Positions 26,723 to 35,125 of a stretch of DNA of 64,000 nucleotides are shown here, one piece after another (positions within the stretch are counted from its first letter, which is position 1; every line of letters begins with the position of its first letter). The translations under genes were made by a program, and so were the position numbers. The DNA lies in contig UQWT01000003.1 of NCBI GenBank assembly GCA_900544815.1, positions 157 to 64,156 on the forward strand. Reading direction: 5' to 3'. The notes beneath the pieces are model-generated. The model ran no database searches and was not told the origin of the DNA. It worked only from the letters and a program-made list of their open reading frames with translations. Origin of the DNA: an uncultured Bacteroidales bacterium. GTDB taxonomy: Bacteria; Bacteroidota; Bacteroidia; Bacteroidales; UBA932.

Positions 26723-29722
26723 ATGAAAAGAGATCTATTCTTGCTACGCAGCATAGCAGTCTGTATGCTCGTCAGTACCTTTACAATCACATTGCAAGCC
26801 CAATCGGGCTTTGTACAGGACGGAGAAAAACAACGTCCTTCAACCGATTCATGGAACATGGTCAAATACGGAGAGGTTGGAGCGAGCCTCTATACCGGAA
26901 CAATACAGCTCAACATCCCATTCTATGAATACAAAGACAGTGACTTTACCATCCCTGTATCATTGGCTTACAGCAGTAACGGCCTGCAGCCCAACAAGAG
27001 AGGCGGAGTGTTAGGACCGGACTGGACATTGATGGCAGGCGGCAACATATCCATTGATTCGCAAGGATTGCCGGATCTGCAGGATGTTGACAACGAATGT
27101 AACAGTTACTACAGTCTGTACCGAAACGTGTCACAAATACCATCCACCTCCAAAATATGGAGATTGGGAGCATCATTATCAAATTTAGTGTCCGTTGGCG
27201 CTTACCCTGCCTCTTTGATACACTGCTTTGGTGGCACTCCAGACAATTATATAATGATGTACGATGCCATGCCGGATCTTTTTCATTTCAATTTTCTTGG
27301 TCATACGGGCAACTTCCATTTGGGAGTCAATAAAAAGGTTTACGTGTACAATACCGGAGGCAACAACAAAGACTACAGGATAAGTTTCAAGGAGGGGAGC
27401 ACAGAAGATGTCTTTGGCATAATCATAGAGACGGCAGACGGCTACAAATATGAATTTATAGAAGAGGAGACCTCCCAATCGCGAGACAGTGAAACAGGCA
27501 AACCTCTCACAGTTGCATATCATCTCAGTACCATAACGGCCCCCAACGGCAGAAAGGTTGAATATGTCTACCGCAATTATGATATCAGTGTAAGGGTGCC
27601 GGCAGGAATAGCCATAAGCGGCACACAGTACATGATCATCTGGGACGGAGGCATCCAAGAGGTAGAGTTTCATGGCAAGAACTTGGAACACCAGATAGTT
27701 ACAATAGACCAGAACATACCTGTGATAAGTCAGATAAAGATAGACGGCGGTACTGTTATCTCTTTCAACTACACACAACAGCCTGTTGAAGAGAGTGATG
27801 AGTACGGAGAGATGAACTTGTCTGCATCCTCTGCCATACGCTATAAACAGAGTGTTCGTATGACCGGTATCACCGTAAAGACAAACAACAAGACCGTCAA
27901 ACAGTGCGGATTCTCTTACAAGAAGATGACAAACGGCAAAAGGGTAAGCTATTTGGAAGAGGTAAATATTTTTGGAGAGGGTACTTATAAGATGACCTAC
28001 AACACGGCAGCCGGCTTCCCCGGCAACGGTACACTCAGTGTAGACCATTGGGGCTACTACAACGGCAAGAACGATGGCAACTCAACCAATATACCTTTCC
28101 TTAAGGTGTGTAAAAATGGCGAAAGCAGTGAGACTATAAATCAATCGACCAGAGATGCGATAAGCGCCAAAGCCATGACAGGCATACTCACAAAGATTAC
28201 CTACCCCAGCGGAGGTTACAGCAGTTTTGAGTATGAAGGTAATGACTATTCCAGAGTTTTCATGAGAGACTCTCTCAACCAATATGAAGGAAGCTACAGA
28301 ACACAATCGGGACTGTGCGGAGGGGTAAGGATAAAGCGGATAACCCACTATGACAAAGCAGGAGTATCATTGGGCGGCAGCAGTTACAGCTACAAAACAG
28401 GCAACACAAGCAACGGCACACTGCTCAATTATCCAAGATACCATATCAAGTACACTGCACAGGCACGGGTCACTCCAATGCTAACGGAGAACATAGACTA
28501 TTACTCCTCCTCGCTTGCAAACTACAACGGTTCTCATATTGAGTATTCCACTGTCTACGAGACTAAAAGTGATGGCAGTATCGTCAAGTACACATTCTCA
28601 TCGTCAGATTCCGCCGACTATGCGGATTTTCTTGAAAGACAGAATACGTACGATGAACCATACGCATTTGAAACTGTTGGGGCTTGGCGAAGAGATAATG
28701 CAGATATAACCTCAATAGTACAGCCTGCAGTGTCAAGACACGGAGACAGAGGCAAACTCCTGCAAAAGAGCATATACAAGAGTTCTTCCGAGAGTACTCC
28801 GGCATTGACGGAACAGTATACCTACAATACCGCAAGAGAGCTGTCTAAGGACTACTGTCCTGCATACCTTATAAGAAAAATCTCTACTGTTCCAACCTTT
28901 GTGGACAACTACGAACTTAAAGGAAGAAAATTAAAGGAAAAGAGAGGAGGCTCAAATGTAGAGAAAGAGGTGACATATTGCTACAACAGCCGTGGTCAGA
29001 TAATAACAGCAACAAGCACAGGCAGTGAAGAACACATATACATAGACAAGAACACCTTCGTTACAGACCTTACAGACTCTGAGGTAAACGCATCGGAGGC
29101 TTACCGCTTTATGAAAAGACGGTTTGATATAAACAGACCACTTGCTATTGAGCATTACATAGGTACAGGTTTTGGAGATTCAACATTGGTAGGCGGAGTG
29201 CGAACCGTTTACGGATTGAAGACAACCTCATCGGACACCCTGTTGGTAAAAAACAGAGTTGAGAAGTATGACATGGTGAGTGGTAAGTGGCATATTAAAG
29301 AGACTTATCTGAAATATGACAACAGAGGCAGATTGTTGGAAATGGAGGATATCAACGGCATAAAGACAAGTTTTGTGTGGGGATATGGTGGGCTATATCC
29401 TGTTTTGCAGGGAAGAAACATAAGCATCAATTCACTGAAAGGTATAAGCGGATTACAGGGGATAGAGAGCACTCCGCTCGAAGGATGCCTGAGCGAACAA
29501 CAGCGCACGGCTATCAAGGCACTTTGCACAAACAGCAACGCAGAGGTTGAGTATTACGAGTATCTTCCTTTAGTTGGCATAAGCAAGTTGATTGATGCCA
29601 CGGGAAAGATATACACCTACGAGTACAACAACGGAGGCAAACTGAAGAGGATTGTGGACAATGAGGGCAAGAGTGTGGAGGGAGGTTATTATTCTCCCGA
29701 CAATAAACTACCTAATTTATAG
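26723..29722 (+). CDS. secreted YD-repeat protein with an SpvB/TcdB-like N-terminal motif; no RHS core and no toxin domain
   Basis: Signal peptide (AVCMLVSTFTITLQAQS). TGTIQLNIPFYEYKDSDFTIPVSLAYSSNGLQPNKRGGVLGPDWTLMAGGNISID resembles the N-terminal SpvB/TcB-type motif. YD-like repeats are present: YCYNSRGQIITAT, YLKYDNRGRLLEMEDINGIKT, YTYEYNNGGKLKRIVDNEGKSVEG. It ends without a DPxG-type core. Confidence 0.7.
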   Translation: MKRDLFLLRSIAVCMLVSTFTITLQAQSGFVQDGEKQRPSTDSWNMVKYGEVGASLYTGTIQLNIPFYEYKDSDFTIPVSLAYSSNGLQPNKRGGVLGPDWTLMAGGNISIDSQGLPDLQDVDNECNSYYSLYRNVSQIPSTSKIWRLGASLSNLVSVGAYPASLIHCFGGTPDNYIMMYDAMPDLFHFNFLGHTGNFHLGVNKKVYVYNTGGNNKDYRISFKEGSTEDVFGIIIETADGYKYEFIEEETSQSRDSETGKPLTVAYHLSTITAPNGRKVEYVYRNYDISVRVPAGIAISGTQYMIIWDGGIQEVEFHGKNLEHQIVTIDQNIPVISQIKIDGGTVISFNYTQQPVEESDEYGEMNLSASSAIRYKQSVRMTGITVKTNNKTVKQCGFSYKKMTNGKRVSYLEEVNIFGEGTYKMTYNTAAGFPGNGTLSVDHWGYYNGKNDGNSTNIPFLKVCKNGESSETINQSTRDAISAKAMTGILTKITYPSGGYSSFEYEGNDYSRVFMRDSLNQYEGSYRTQSGLCGGVRIKRITHYDKAGVSLGGSSYSYKTGNTSNGTLLNYPRYHIKYTAQARVTPMLTENIDYYSSSLANYNGSHIEYSTVYETKSDGSIVKYTFSSSDSADYADFLERQNTYDEPYAFETVGAWRRDNADITSIVQPAVSRHGDRGKLLQKSIYKSSSESTPALTEQYTYNTARELSKDYCPAYLIRKISTVPTFVDNYELKGRKLKEKRGGSNVEKEVTYCYNSRGQIITATSTGSEEHIYIDKNTFVTDLTDSEVNASEAYRFMKRRFDINRPLAIEHYIGTGFGDSTLVGGVRTVYGLKTTSSDTLLVKNRVEKYDMVSGKWHIKETYLKYDNRGRLLEMEDINGIKTSFVWGYGGLYPVLQGRNISINSLKGISGLQGIESTPLEGCLSEQQRTAIKALCTNSNAEVEYYEYLPLVGISKLIDATGKIYTYEYNNGGKLKRIVDNEGKSVEGGYYSPDNKLPNL

Positions 29723-29961
29723 CTTTGGCGTTGGCCTTAATTAAGTTGAGAGTGTATAGTTTATTGTTTATAGACAGTTTTAAAGTTAAAAGCTATATTT
29801 TTTAAACTTCATAACTTACTATAAACTTTTAACTATAAACTAAATTGATGGCGTTGGCTTTAGCTTTGGCCGTTTTGAAGAGTATAGAAAGTATAGAGTG
29901 TATAGAAAGTAAAGAAGGTAGAGAGAGTAGAGAGAGTAGAGAAGGTAAAGAAAGCTAAAGC
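29722..29961. repeat. mosaic low-complexity intergenic repeats, copies C1 (29722-29845) and C2 (29846-29961)
   Basis: C1 (gcgttggccttaattaagttgagagtgtatag...acagttttaaagtta) is collinear with the reverse complement of the right part of copy B. C2 (gcgttggctttagctttggcc then GTATAGA/GTAGAGA heptamers) is collinear with the reverse complement of copy D. C1 starts at the stop codon of the upstream gene. Confidence 0.7.
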
Positions 29962-30288
29962 AAATAACTGACTCTAAACTTTAAAATAAACTGCAAACCG
30001 AGTGCAGAATTGCGAACTTGTTTGCAAATTATGCCGAGGTGCAACGTTTATTGTAGTTTTACTAAAATAATTAGAAACAGTTATGAACGACCTGTCAATC
30101 AGCGGAAAAGCGGTTGCCGAAAGCAGCTTATAAGAAACGGCGTCTGTTGAAGGACCGTTAGGATGCAAAGCAGACTAAAAGGGACGACTCAGCCGTTTCA
30201 AGCTGATTGAAGGCATTAGCAGTTGATTGACGCGGAGAGAAAAACTGTTTACTAATATTTTACATAACAATAAAAAGAATATATACTT

Positions 30289-33200
30289 ATGAACACAGAT
30301 ATACAACACAGAAATCACAGAGACTGTAGCTGCAGAAGCAGGGGTAGCAGTCATTTATCATCATATTTGCCAAAAGCATTTTGGCCGGTATTCGCTTTCA
30401 TGACAGTATTTATCGGGCTGTCGTTTACGGCTGGTGCAGCCGATACCATAAGGGTGAACATCCCGCGTGTTACAGTGACAATGGCAAGAAGCTACAACTT
30501 TACCAGTGCTGCCAACTCTGTATATGTTCCCGTGGAGTTCAACTCTGCAATGAGCGCAGACAAGGTGGCAGATTACATTGAGGAGAGCAACGCATTCCTC
30601 TTTGACCATTTTGGAGATGATGTAGCGGAGATAAGCGGAGTGTCGGATGACCTTGGTACCATCTACTTGGATATCAAACCAAACACAGGAATAAAACGTG
30701 TCCTCCTCATCACAAGCACAGGCAGCGGCAGCAAGGTCATAACGGTGGTGCAAGCAGGTGACACCCCGGAGCCCGAGCCGGAACCAGAACCTGAGCCGGA
30801 CGAGAAGTTCAACATCCCCGGCAACTGGAAGATGGTGCGCCACTATACGGACGAGACAGGCAATAACTACATAACGGACATCACCTTCTATGACGGCTTG
30901 GGATATCCCTCACAGATAGTCAACGTAGGGGCATCCCCTACAGGGAACAGGAACATCGTTACCCCTATAGTCTATGACAGGATGAGAAGAAGCGATTCTG
31001 TCCTCTTCCTGCCGTATGCCTCGGCTACTGTCAATACCATAAAGGAGGAGAGTGCGCCTCTGCAGGGACAAAGCTCTTTCTACGGTACTATGTTCGGCAC
31101 AGGCGAGAGCAGCTATGCCAAGACAAGAAGGGTATATGAACCATCAGAGTTGAACAGGGTATCCCGGGAGTATAAGCCGGGAAGCGCATACACAAGCAGG
31201 CATGTCTCCTACAGCTATGAGACTAACAGTGCAAACGAGGTCGTTAATATGTCGGCCGGTAGCTTCAATGGTGCATTGTTTGTAAACAGCGCTTATCCGT
31301 TCTATGATGCAGGCAAGCTCTTTAAGGATGTGGCAACAGACGAGGACGGGAACACATTAACCACCTATACAGATGTCACAGGAAAAGTGATAATGGAGAA
31401 GAGAGGAACGGATAACATGACCTATTATGCCTATGACGACAGAGGATTTCTCTCTTGGGTGATAACTCCTGCCGGAAGTGCTGTGTTGTCATCTTGCGCC
31501 AAAGATATAATAACAAGCACAAATAATTATACATTCGCCAGAGGTATAACAAGCTCATTTGCGGCAGAGCACTGCTATGTATATATTCGCGACTATATGG
31601 GCAATATAATAGAGAAAAACATTCCCGGAGCCGGAATCAGTGAATATGTCTATGACAAAGGTGGAAGGCTTGTACTTGAGAGAGATGCCAACCTTAAAGG
31701 GAAGAACAGATGGATCTATCATGTCTATGATAACATAGGACGGGAGATAGAGTGTAATCTTGTGCAGGGTACGGCATCGGTGACAAGAGTTTCGGCACAG
31801 ACAAACTATAACAATCTTTCCATCAATAACAGTTATCCTCAGCTCGGAGGAGGAACACCCGATACCCCTCCGTCTGCTATAGGGAGCTTTACCCTTATAT
31901 GCAAGCTCTCTCAGACTCGGTTCGGAGGTGGGGTATATCGCACCGCATCCTCCACTCAGACCTCATCATTTACTGTTCCTTCCTATCTTGCCTTTTCACC
32001 TGTAAGCGGTGTGGCAGAGAGTGCAGATTTGGATAATATGAAGGTGATCGGTTACAAACTCTATGAGAAAATTGCCCTGCTCGATGGCAATACTGAGACA
32101 AGCGGTGGTAATGCCAACTTTATAGAGAGGGCATTCTATTATGACAGGAAAGGAAGGGTGATGCAGGTGGTGGAGAAGAACTCTACGGGAGGTATAAGCA
32201 GGACAAGCACCAAGTATGATTTTAGGGGAAACATCCTTGCAGTGAACGAGAGTCACTCGGCAGGCAGTCTTACAATAACAAAAGGAACGGTATACAGCTA
32301 TGACCAAAGGGGAAGGCTGCTTAGCGAGAGGGTATCTGTAGACGGAGTGGAGAAAGCAACGGTAAACTACAGTTATGATGCTCTTGGCAATCTTACGGGA
32401 AAGAGCTATGGCAATGGTGTGACAGACAATCTGCAGTACAATATTCAGGGATGGGGTACGGTATCACAGACAGTCAAGGGGAGTGAGACGCTGTACAGCC
32501 AGAAGCTGGGCTACTATGATGCAGAGAAAGGTAGCGGATTGTATAACGGTAACATCTCCGAGTGGAGGGTGCAACAGGGAACAAATGCTGCAAGCACATA
32601 CAGGTACAGCTATGACGGATTGGGCAGGCTCACGGAGAGTTCAAGATATGCGGGAAGCGGTACAAGTACAACAAACAGTTGGTGCGAGAGGGGAATAGAT
32701 TATGATCTTAACGGAAATATTGTTACCTTGCAGAGGTTTGGCAGCAATAGCATTACGGCAGAGGATGATCTGAGTTACAGTTATACAGGCAACAGGCTCA
32801 CAGCCCTTACAGGCAGCAGCGAGGGGGCTGAGCTGAATGCTTCATACAGCTATGATGCAGGTGGTAACATGCTCTATGACGGCAGAAGAGGATTGGGTAT
32901 AAGTTACAACATCCTTAATCTGCCGGCAAAGGTGGTGGAAAAGACAGGTGCTACGGCAGCAGACGGTGCGGTCAAGGCTGAGTATCTCTACAGTGTGGAT
33001 GGAATCAAGCAGAGGGTTGTAGACGGGGCAAGCAGTAATGGTTATCTCTATCTTGGAACATTGGTACTCTCAAAGAGCGGAGAGAGCTACTCATTGGCAA
33101 GTACAGGGTTCGGTGGAGGAAGGATTATAGGTGGAGCAGGAAACAGTTGTTTGGCATATTACTACGGTACGGATCACTTGGGTAGCGTGAGGGTGATAAC

Positions 33201-34059
33201 GGACGGCAGCGGCAGTGTAGTGGAGAGGAACGACTACTACCCTATGGGTATGAGAACAACCACAGGCAATAGTTACCCACAATTGACAACCAACCTCTAC
33301 AAGTACAACGGCAAGGAGGTTCAGACGCTTGGAGGCATTGGCTTCACAGACTACGGCGCGAGGATGTACGATGACTTCACCGGACGGTGGTTTGTTCCGG
33401 ATCCGTTGGCAGAGAAATACGCCTCAATGTCTCCTTATATGTACTGCGGAGGGAATCCGATAAATGTTATTGACATAGATGGAAGAGATGCAATTTATAT
33501 TGCTTTCCCAAAGTACAGAGCTAACGGTATTCCATTTACAGGACATGCAGGTGTATTGTTGATTGACAATAAAACAGGGCTGACAAAATATTATGAATAT
33601 GGAAGATACAATGGAAGTCGCATTGGTAAAGTAAGGCCGGTAACCATTCCCAATGTAGTCATAGGAAAAGACGGCAAACCCACCTTAAAAAGTCTTAACA
33701 GGGTTCTTAAGCAACTTTCAGATATATCTGGAGACCACGGTGATATAGAAGGGGCTTATATCATAAGTGACAAGTTCAAAGAGATGAATGATTATGCTAA
33801 AAATAAAATGAAAGAAAATGACGACCCCAAAAGAAAGAAATATTCAATAATAAACAACAACTGTGCAACTTTTGCCGAAGATGTTATTACACAAGATAAA
33901 AGTGTTGATAAACCTTTCACAATAATCAAAAGTCCTGTTAATATTGTTAGCGAATATCAAGAGAAAGGCAATGCAAGAGTTCAATATAAGGCAAAAACTC
34001 AAACCACCACAATAGAAGAGGGTGATGAAAATGATGCAAAAATTAATTTTAGAAATTAG
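30289..34059 (+). CDS. RHS repeat-associated core domain protein (polymorphic toxin) with an unassigned C-terminal toxin domain
   Basis: N-terminal hydrophobic segment, a (PE)5 linker and the FYDGLGYPSQIV..IVYDRMRR region typical of Bacteroidota RHS N-termini. Many YD repeats: YYDRKGRVMQVV, YSYDQRGRLLSE, YSYDALGNLTGK, YSYDGLGRLTES. RHS core: GTDHLGSVRVITDGSGSVVERNDYYPMGM...YKYNGKE...YGARMYDDFTGRWFVPDPLAEKY..SPYMYCGGNPINVIDIDGRD. About 190 further residues follow. Confidence 0.9.
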   Translation: MNTDIQHRNHRDCSCRSRGSSHLSSYLPKAFWPVFAFMTVFIGLSFTAGAADTIRVNIPRVTVTMARSYNFTSAANSVYVPVEFNSAMSADKVADYIEESNAFLFDHFGDDVAEISGVSDDLGTIYLDIKPNTGIKRVLLITSTGSGSKVITVVQAGDTPEPEPEPEPEPDEKFNIPGNWKMVRHYTDETGNNYITDITFYDGLGYPSQIVNVGASPTGNRNIVTPIVYDRMRRSDSVLFLPYASATVNTIKEESAPLQGQSSFYGTMFGTGESSYAKTRRVYEPSELNRVSREYKPGSAYTSRHVSYSYETNSANEVVNMSAGSFNGALFVNSAYPFYDAGKLFKDVATDEDGNTLTTYTDVTGKVIMEKRGTDNMTYYAYDDRGFLSWVITPAGSAVLSSCAKDIITSTNNYTFARGITSSFAAEHCYVYIRDYMGNIIEKNIPGAGISEYVYDKGGRLVLERDANLKGKNRWIYHVYDNIGREIECNLVQGTASVTRVSAQTNYNNLSINNSYPQLGGGTPDTPPSAIGSFTLICKLSQTRFGGGVYRTASSTQTSSFTVPSYLAFSPVSGVAESADLDNMKVIGYKLYEKIALLDGNTETSGGNANFIERAFYYDRKGRVMQVVEKNSTGGISRTSTKYDFRGNILAVNESHSAGSLTITKGTVYSYDQRGRLLSERVSVDGVEKATVNYSYDALGNLTGKSYGNGVTDNLQYNIQGWGTVSQTVKGSETLYSQKLGYYDAEKGSGLYNGNISEWRVQQGTNAASTYRYSYDGLGRLTESSRYAGSGTSTTNSWCERGIDYDLNGNIVTLQRFGSNSITAEDDLSYSYTGNRLTALTGSSEGAELNASYSYDAGGNMLYDGRRGLGISYNILNLPAKVVEKTGATAADGAVKAEYLYSVDGIKQRVVDGASSNGYLYLGTLVLSKSGESYSLASTGFGGGRIIGGAGNSCLAYYYGTDHLGSVRVITDGSGSVVERNDYYPMGMRTTTGNSYPQLTTNLYKYNGKEVQTLGGIGFTDYGARMYDDFTGRWFVPDPLAEKYASMSPYMYCGGNPINVIDIDGRDAIYIAFPKYRANGIPFTGHAGVLLIDNKTGLTKYYEYGRYNGSRIGKVRPVTIPNVVIGKDGKPTLKSLNRVLKQLSDISGDHGDIEGAYIISDKFKEMNDYAKNKMKENDDPKRKKYSIINNNCATFAEDVITQDKSVDKPFTIIKSPVNIVSEYQEKGNARVQYKAKTQTTTIEEGDENDAKINFRN

Positions 34060-34061
34060 AT

Positions 34062-34478
34062 ATGAAGATTAAATTATTACGTTTATTATTGTATCCTGTT
34101 GCTGTGGTAATTATTTGTATAATATTACTCTTTATATGGTTAATTCTGCCATATGACAGGGAATGGGAAAAGCCTGAAAATGTTCCGGATTCAGCAGTTT
34201 GGGTAGGTGGTTGTGATGGTGGAAACTGGATAGAATTGGTGGATTTTAAAGAGGATACTATAAGATTTAGACTTTATAGAGATTGTAATGGGGATTTATT
34301 ATTGGATGCAGATTTTGTTTATCAGAAAAAAGATGATATACGTCTTACAAGAACAAATTGGGATAAATATCTCGACTTTTTTGATGGAGAATCAATTGCT
34401 ACTAATATTATCAGAGATAACCGCTATTGCCACCTAATTCCGGTTTTCCCAGCCTATTACCAAGAAACAATAGAATAG
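34062..34478 (+). CDS. candidate cognate immunity protein (membrane-anchored)
   Basis: Starts 2 nt after the RHS stop. 138 aa with an N-terminal TM/signal anchor (LLLYPVAVVIICIILLFIWLIL). Very AT-rich (~25% GC in sampled 60-mers). The call rests on position and size, not on homology. Confidence 0.55.
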   Translation: MKIKLLRLLLYPVAVVIICIILLFIWLILPYDREWEKPENVPDSAVWVGGCDGGNWIELVDFKEDTIRFRLYRDCNGDLLLDADFVYQKKDDIRLTRTNWDKYLDFFDGESIATNIIRDNRYCHLIPVFPAYYQETIE

Positions 34479-34593
34479 ATGGGACAACTCCTATTTTGTA
34501 ACATCTATTATGCATAATTCAAACTCTTAGTAAGCGCTAAAAAATAAGTTGGTAAAGATTTAGCAGTATTTTTGAGGATAGATGTCTTTTTGA

Positions 34594-34628
34594 AAAAGAT
34601 TATCAAGTTATTTTTTTAAGATTACTTA
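34594..34628 (+). repeat. 34-nt direct repeat, copy 2
   Basis: See 26045..26078. This copy ends 14 nt before the ATG at 34642. Confidence 0.7.
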
Positions 34629-34641
34629 AATAAAATTAGAT

Positions 34642-35067
34642 ATGAGGACATTGTTATTATTATTTATTGCAAGTATGCTTATTGGGTGTTCTGTTATGAA
34701 TAACAATTCTCTTTGCAGAGAAGACAAATCAAATAGGGCAACTCTGTTTAAAATCAAATCCATACAGGATAAGGGGAAGTTTTATATTATCTATGCAAAA
34801 AGAAATGATTCCCTGTTTAAGATTCTTAGTGACCCTAAAGTGAAAGCTAATGGTGAAAAAATTAAAGTTAATCATTATTATAAACTTGAGTTGAAGAAAA
34901 TTTTTCCACGTGATTCTATATTTGGTATAGCAATAGCTCCTAATGCGGGTATAGTAGGTTTTGATTATGGAGGAAAAACAATTTATAAAGAAAAAAAATC
35001 ACACAATAAAGTGTATAGAGCTAAAAACTTAAAGGGATTGTATCTTGATAATGACCTAAATAGGTAA
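34642..35067 (+). CDS. small lipoprotein, possible second/orphan immunity protein
   Basis: Lipoprotein signal LFIASMLIGCS; 141 aa; AT-rich. The sequence just before its ATG (aaattagatatgagga) resembles the RHS-stop/immunity-start junction (aaattagatatgaaga). Confidence 0.45.
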   Translation: MRTLLLLFIASMLIGCSVMNNNSLCREDKSNRATLFKIKSIQDKGKFYIIYAKRNDSLFKILSDPKVKANGEKIKVNHYYKLELKKIFPRDSIFGIAIAPNAGIVGFDYGGKTIYKEKKSHNKVYRAKNLKGLYLDNDLNR

Positions 35068-35085
35068 ATAGCTTAGATGATGATT

Positions 35086-35115
35086 GCGGAGTGGTCTAAA
35101 TTTAGACCACTCCGC
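35086..35115 (+). terminator. perfect 30-nt palindrome downstream of the lipoprotein gene
   Basis: gcggagtggtctaaa|tttagaccactccgc, 19 nt after the stop at 35067. A strong hairpin, but no clear U-tract. Confidence 0.45.
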
Positions 35116-35125
35116 TAAATCAAAC

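Noticed and set aside
27185-28048. 287-aa minus-strand ORF inside the first YD-repeat gene
   Set aside because: The sense frame carries a signal peptide and YD repeats over 999 aa. The antisense product is Cys/His/Tyr-rich with no motif, which is typical of a shadow ORF in a long gene. The same reasoning applies to 30361..30843, 31996..32307, 8744..9223, 10090..10521 and similar antisense ORFs in the track.
29974-30168. 64-aa minus-strand ORF in the leader of the RHS gene
   Set aside because: It is short, has no start context or motif, and lies within a region better explained as non-coding leader.
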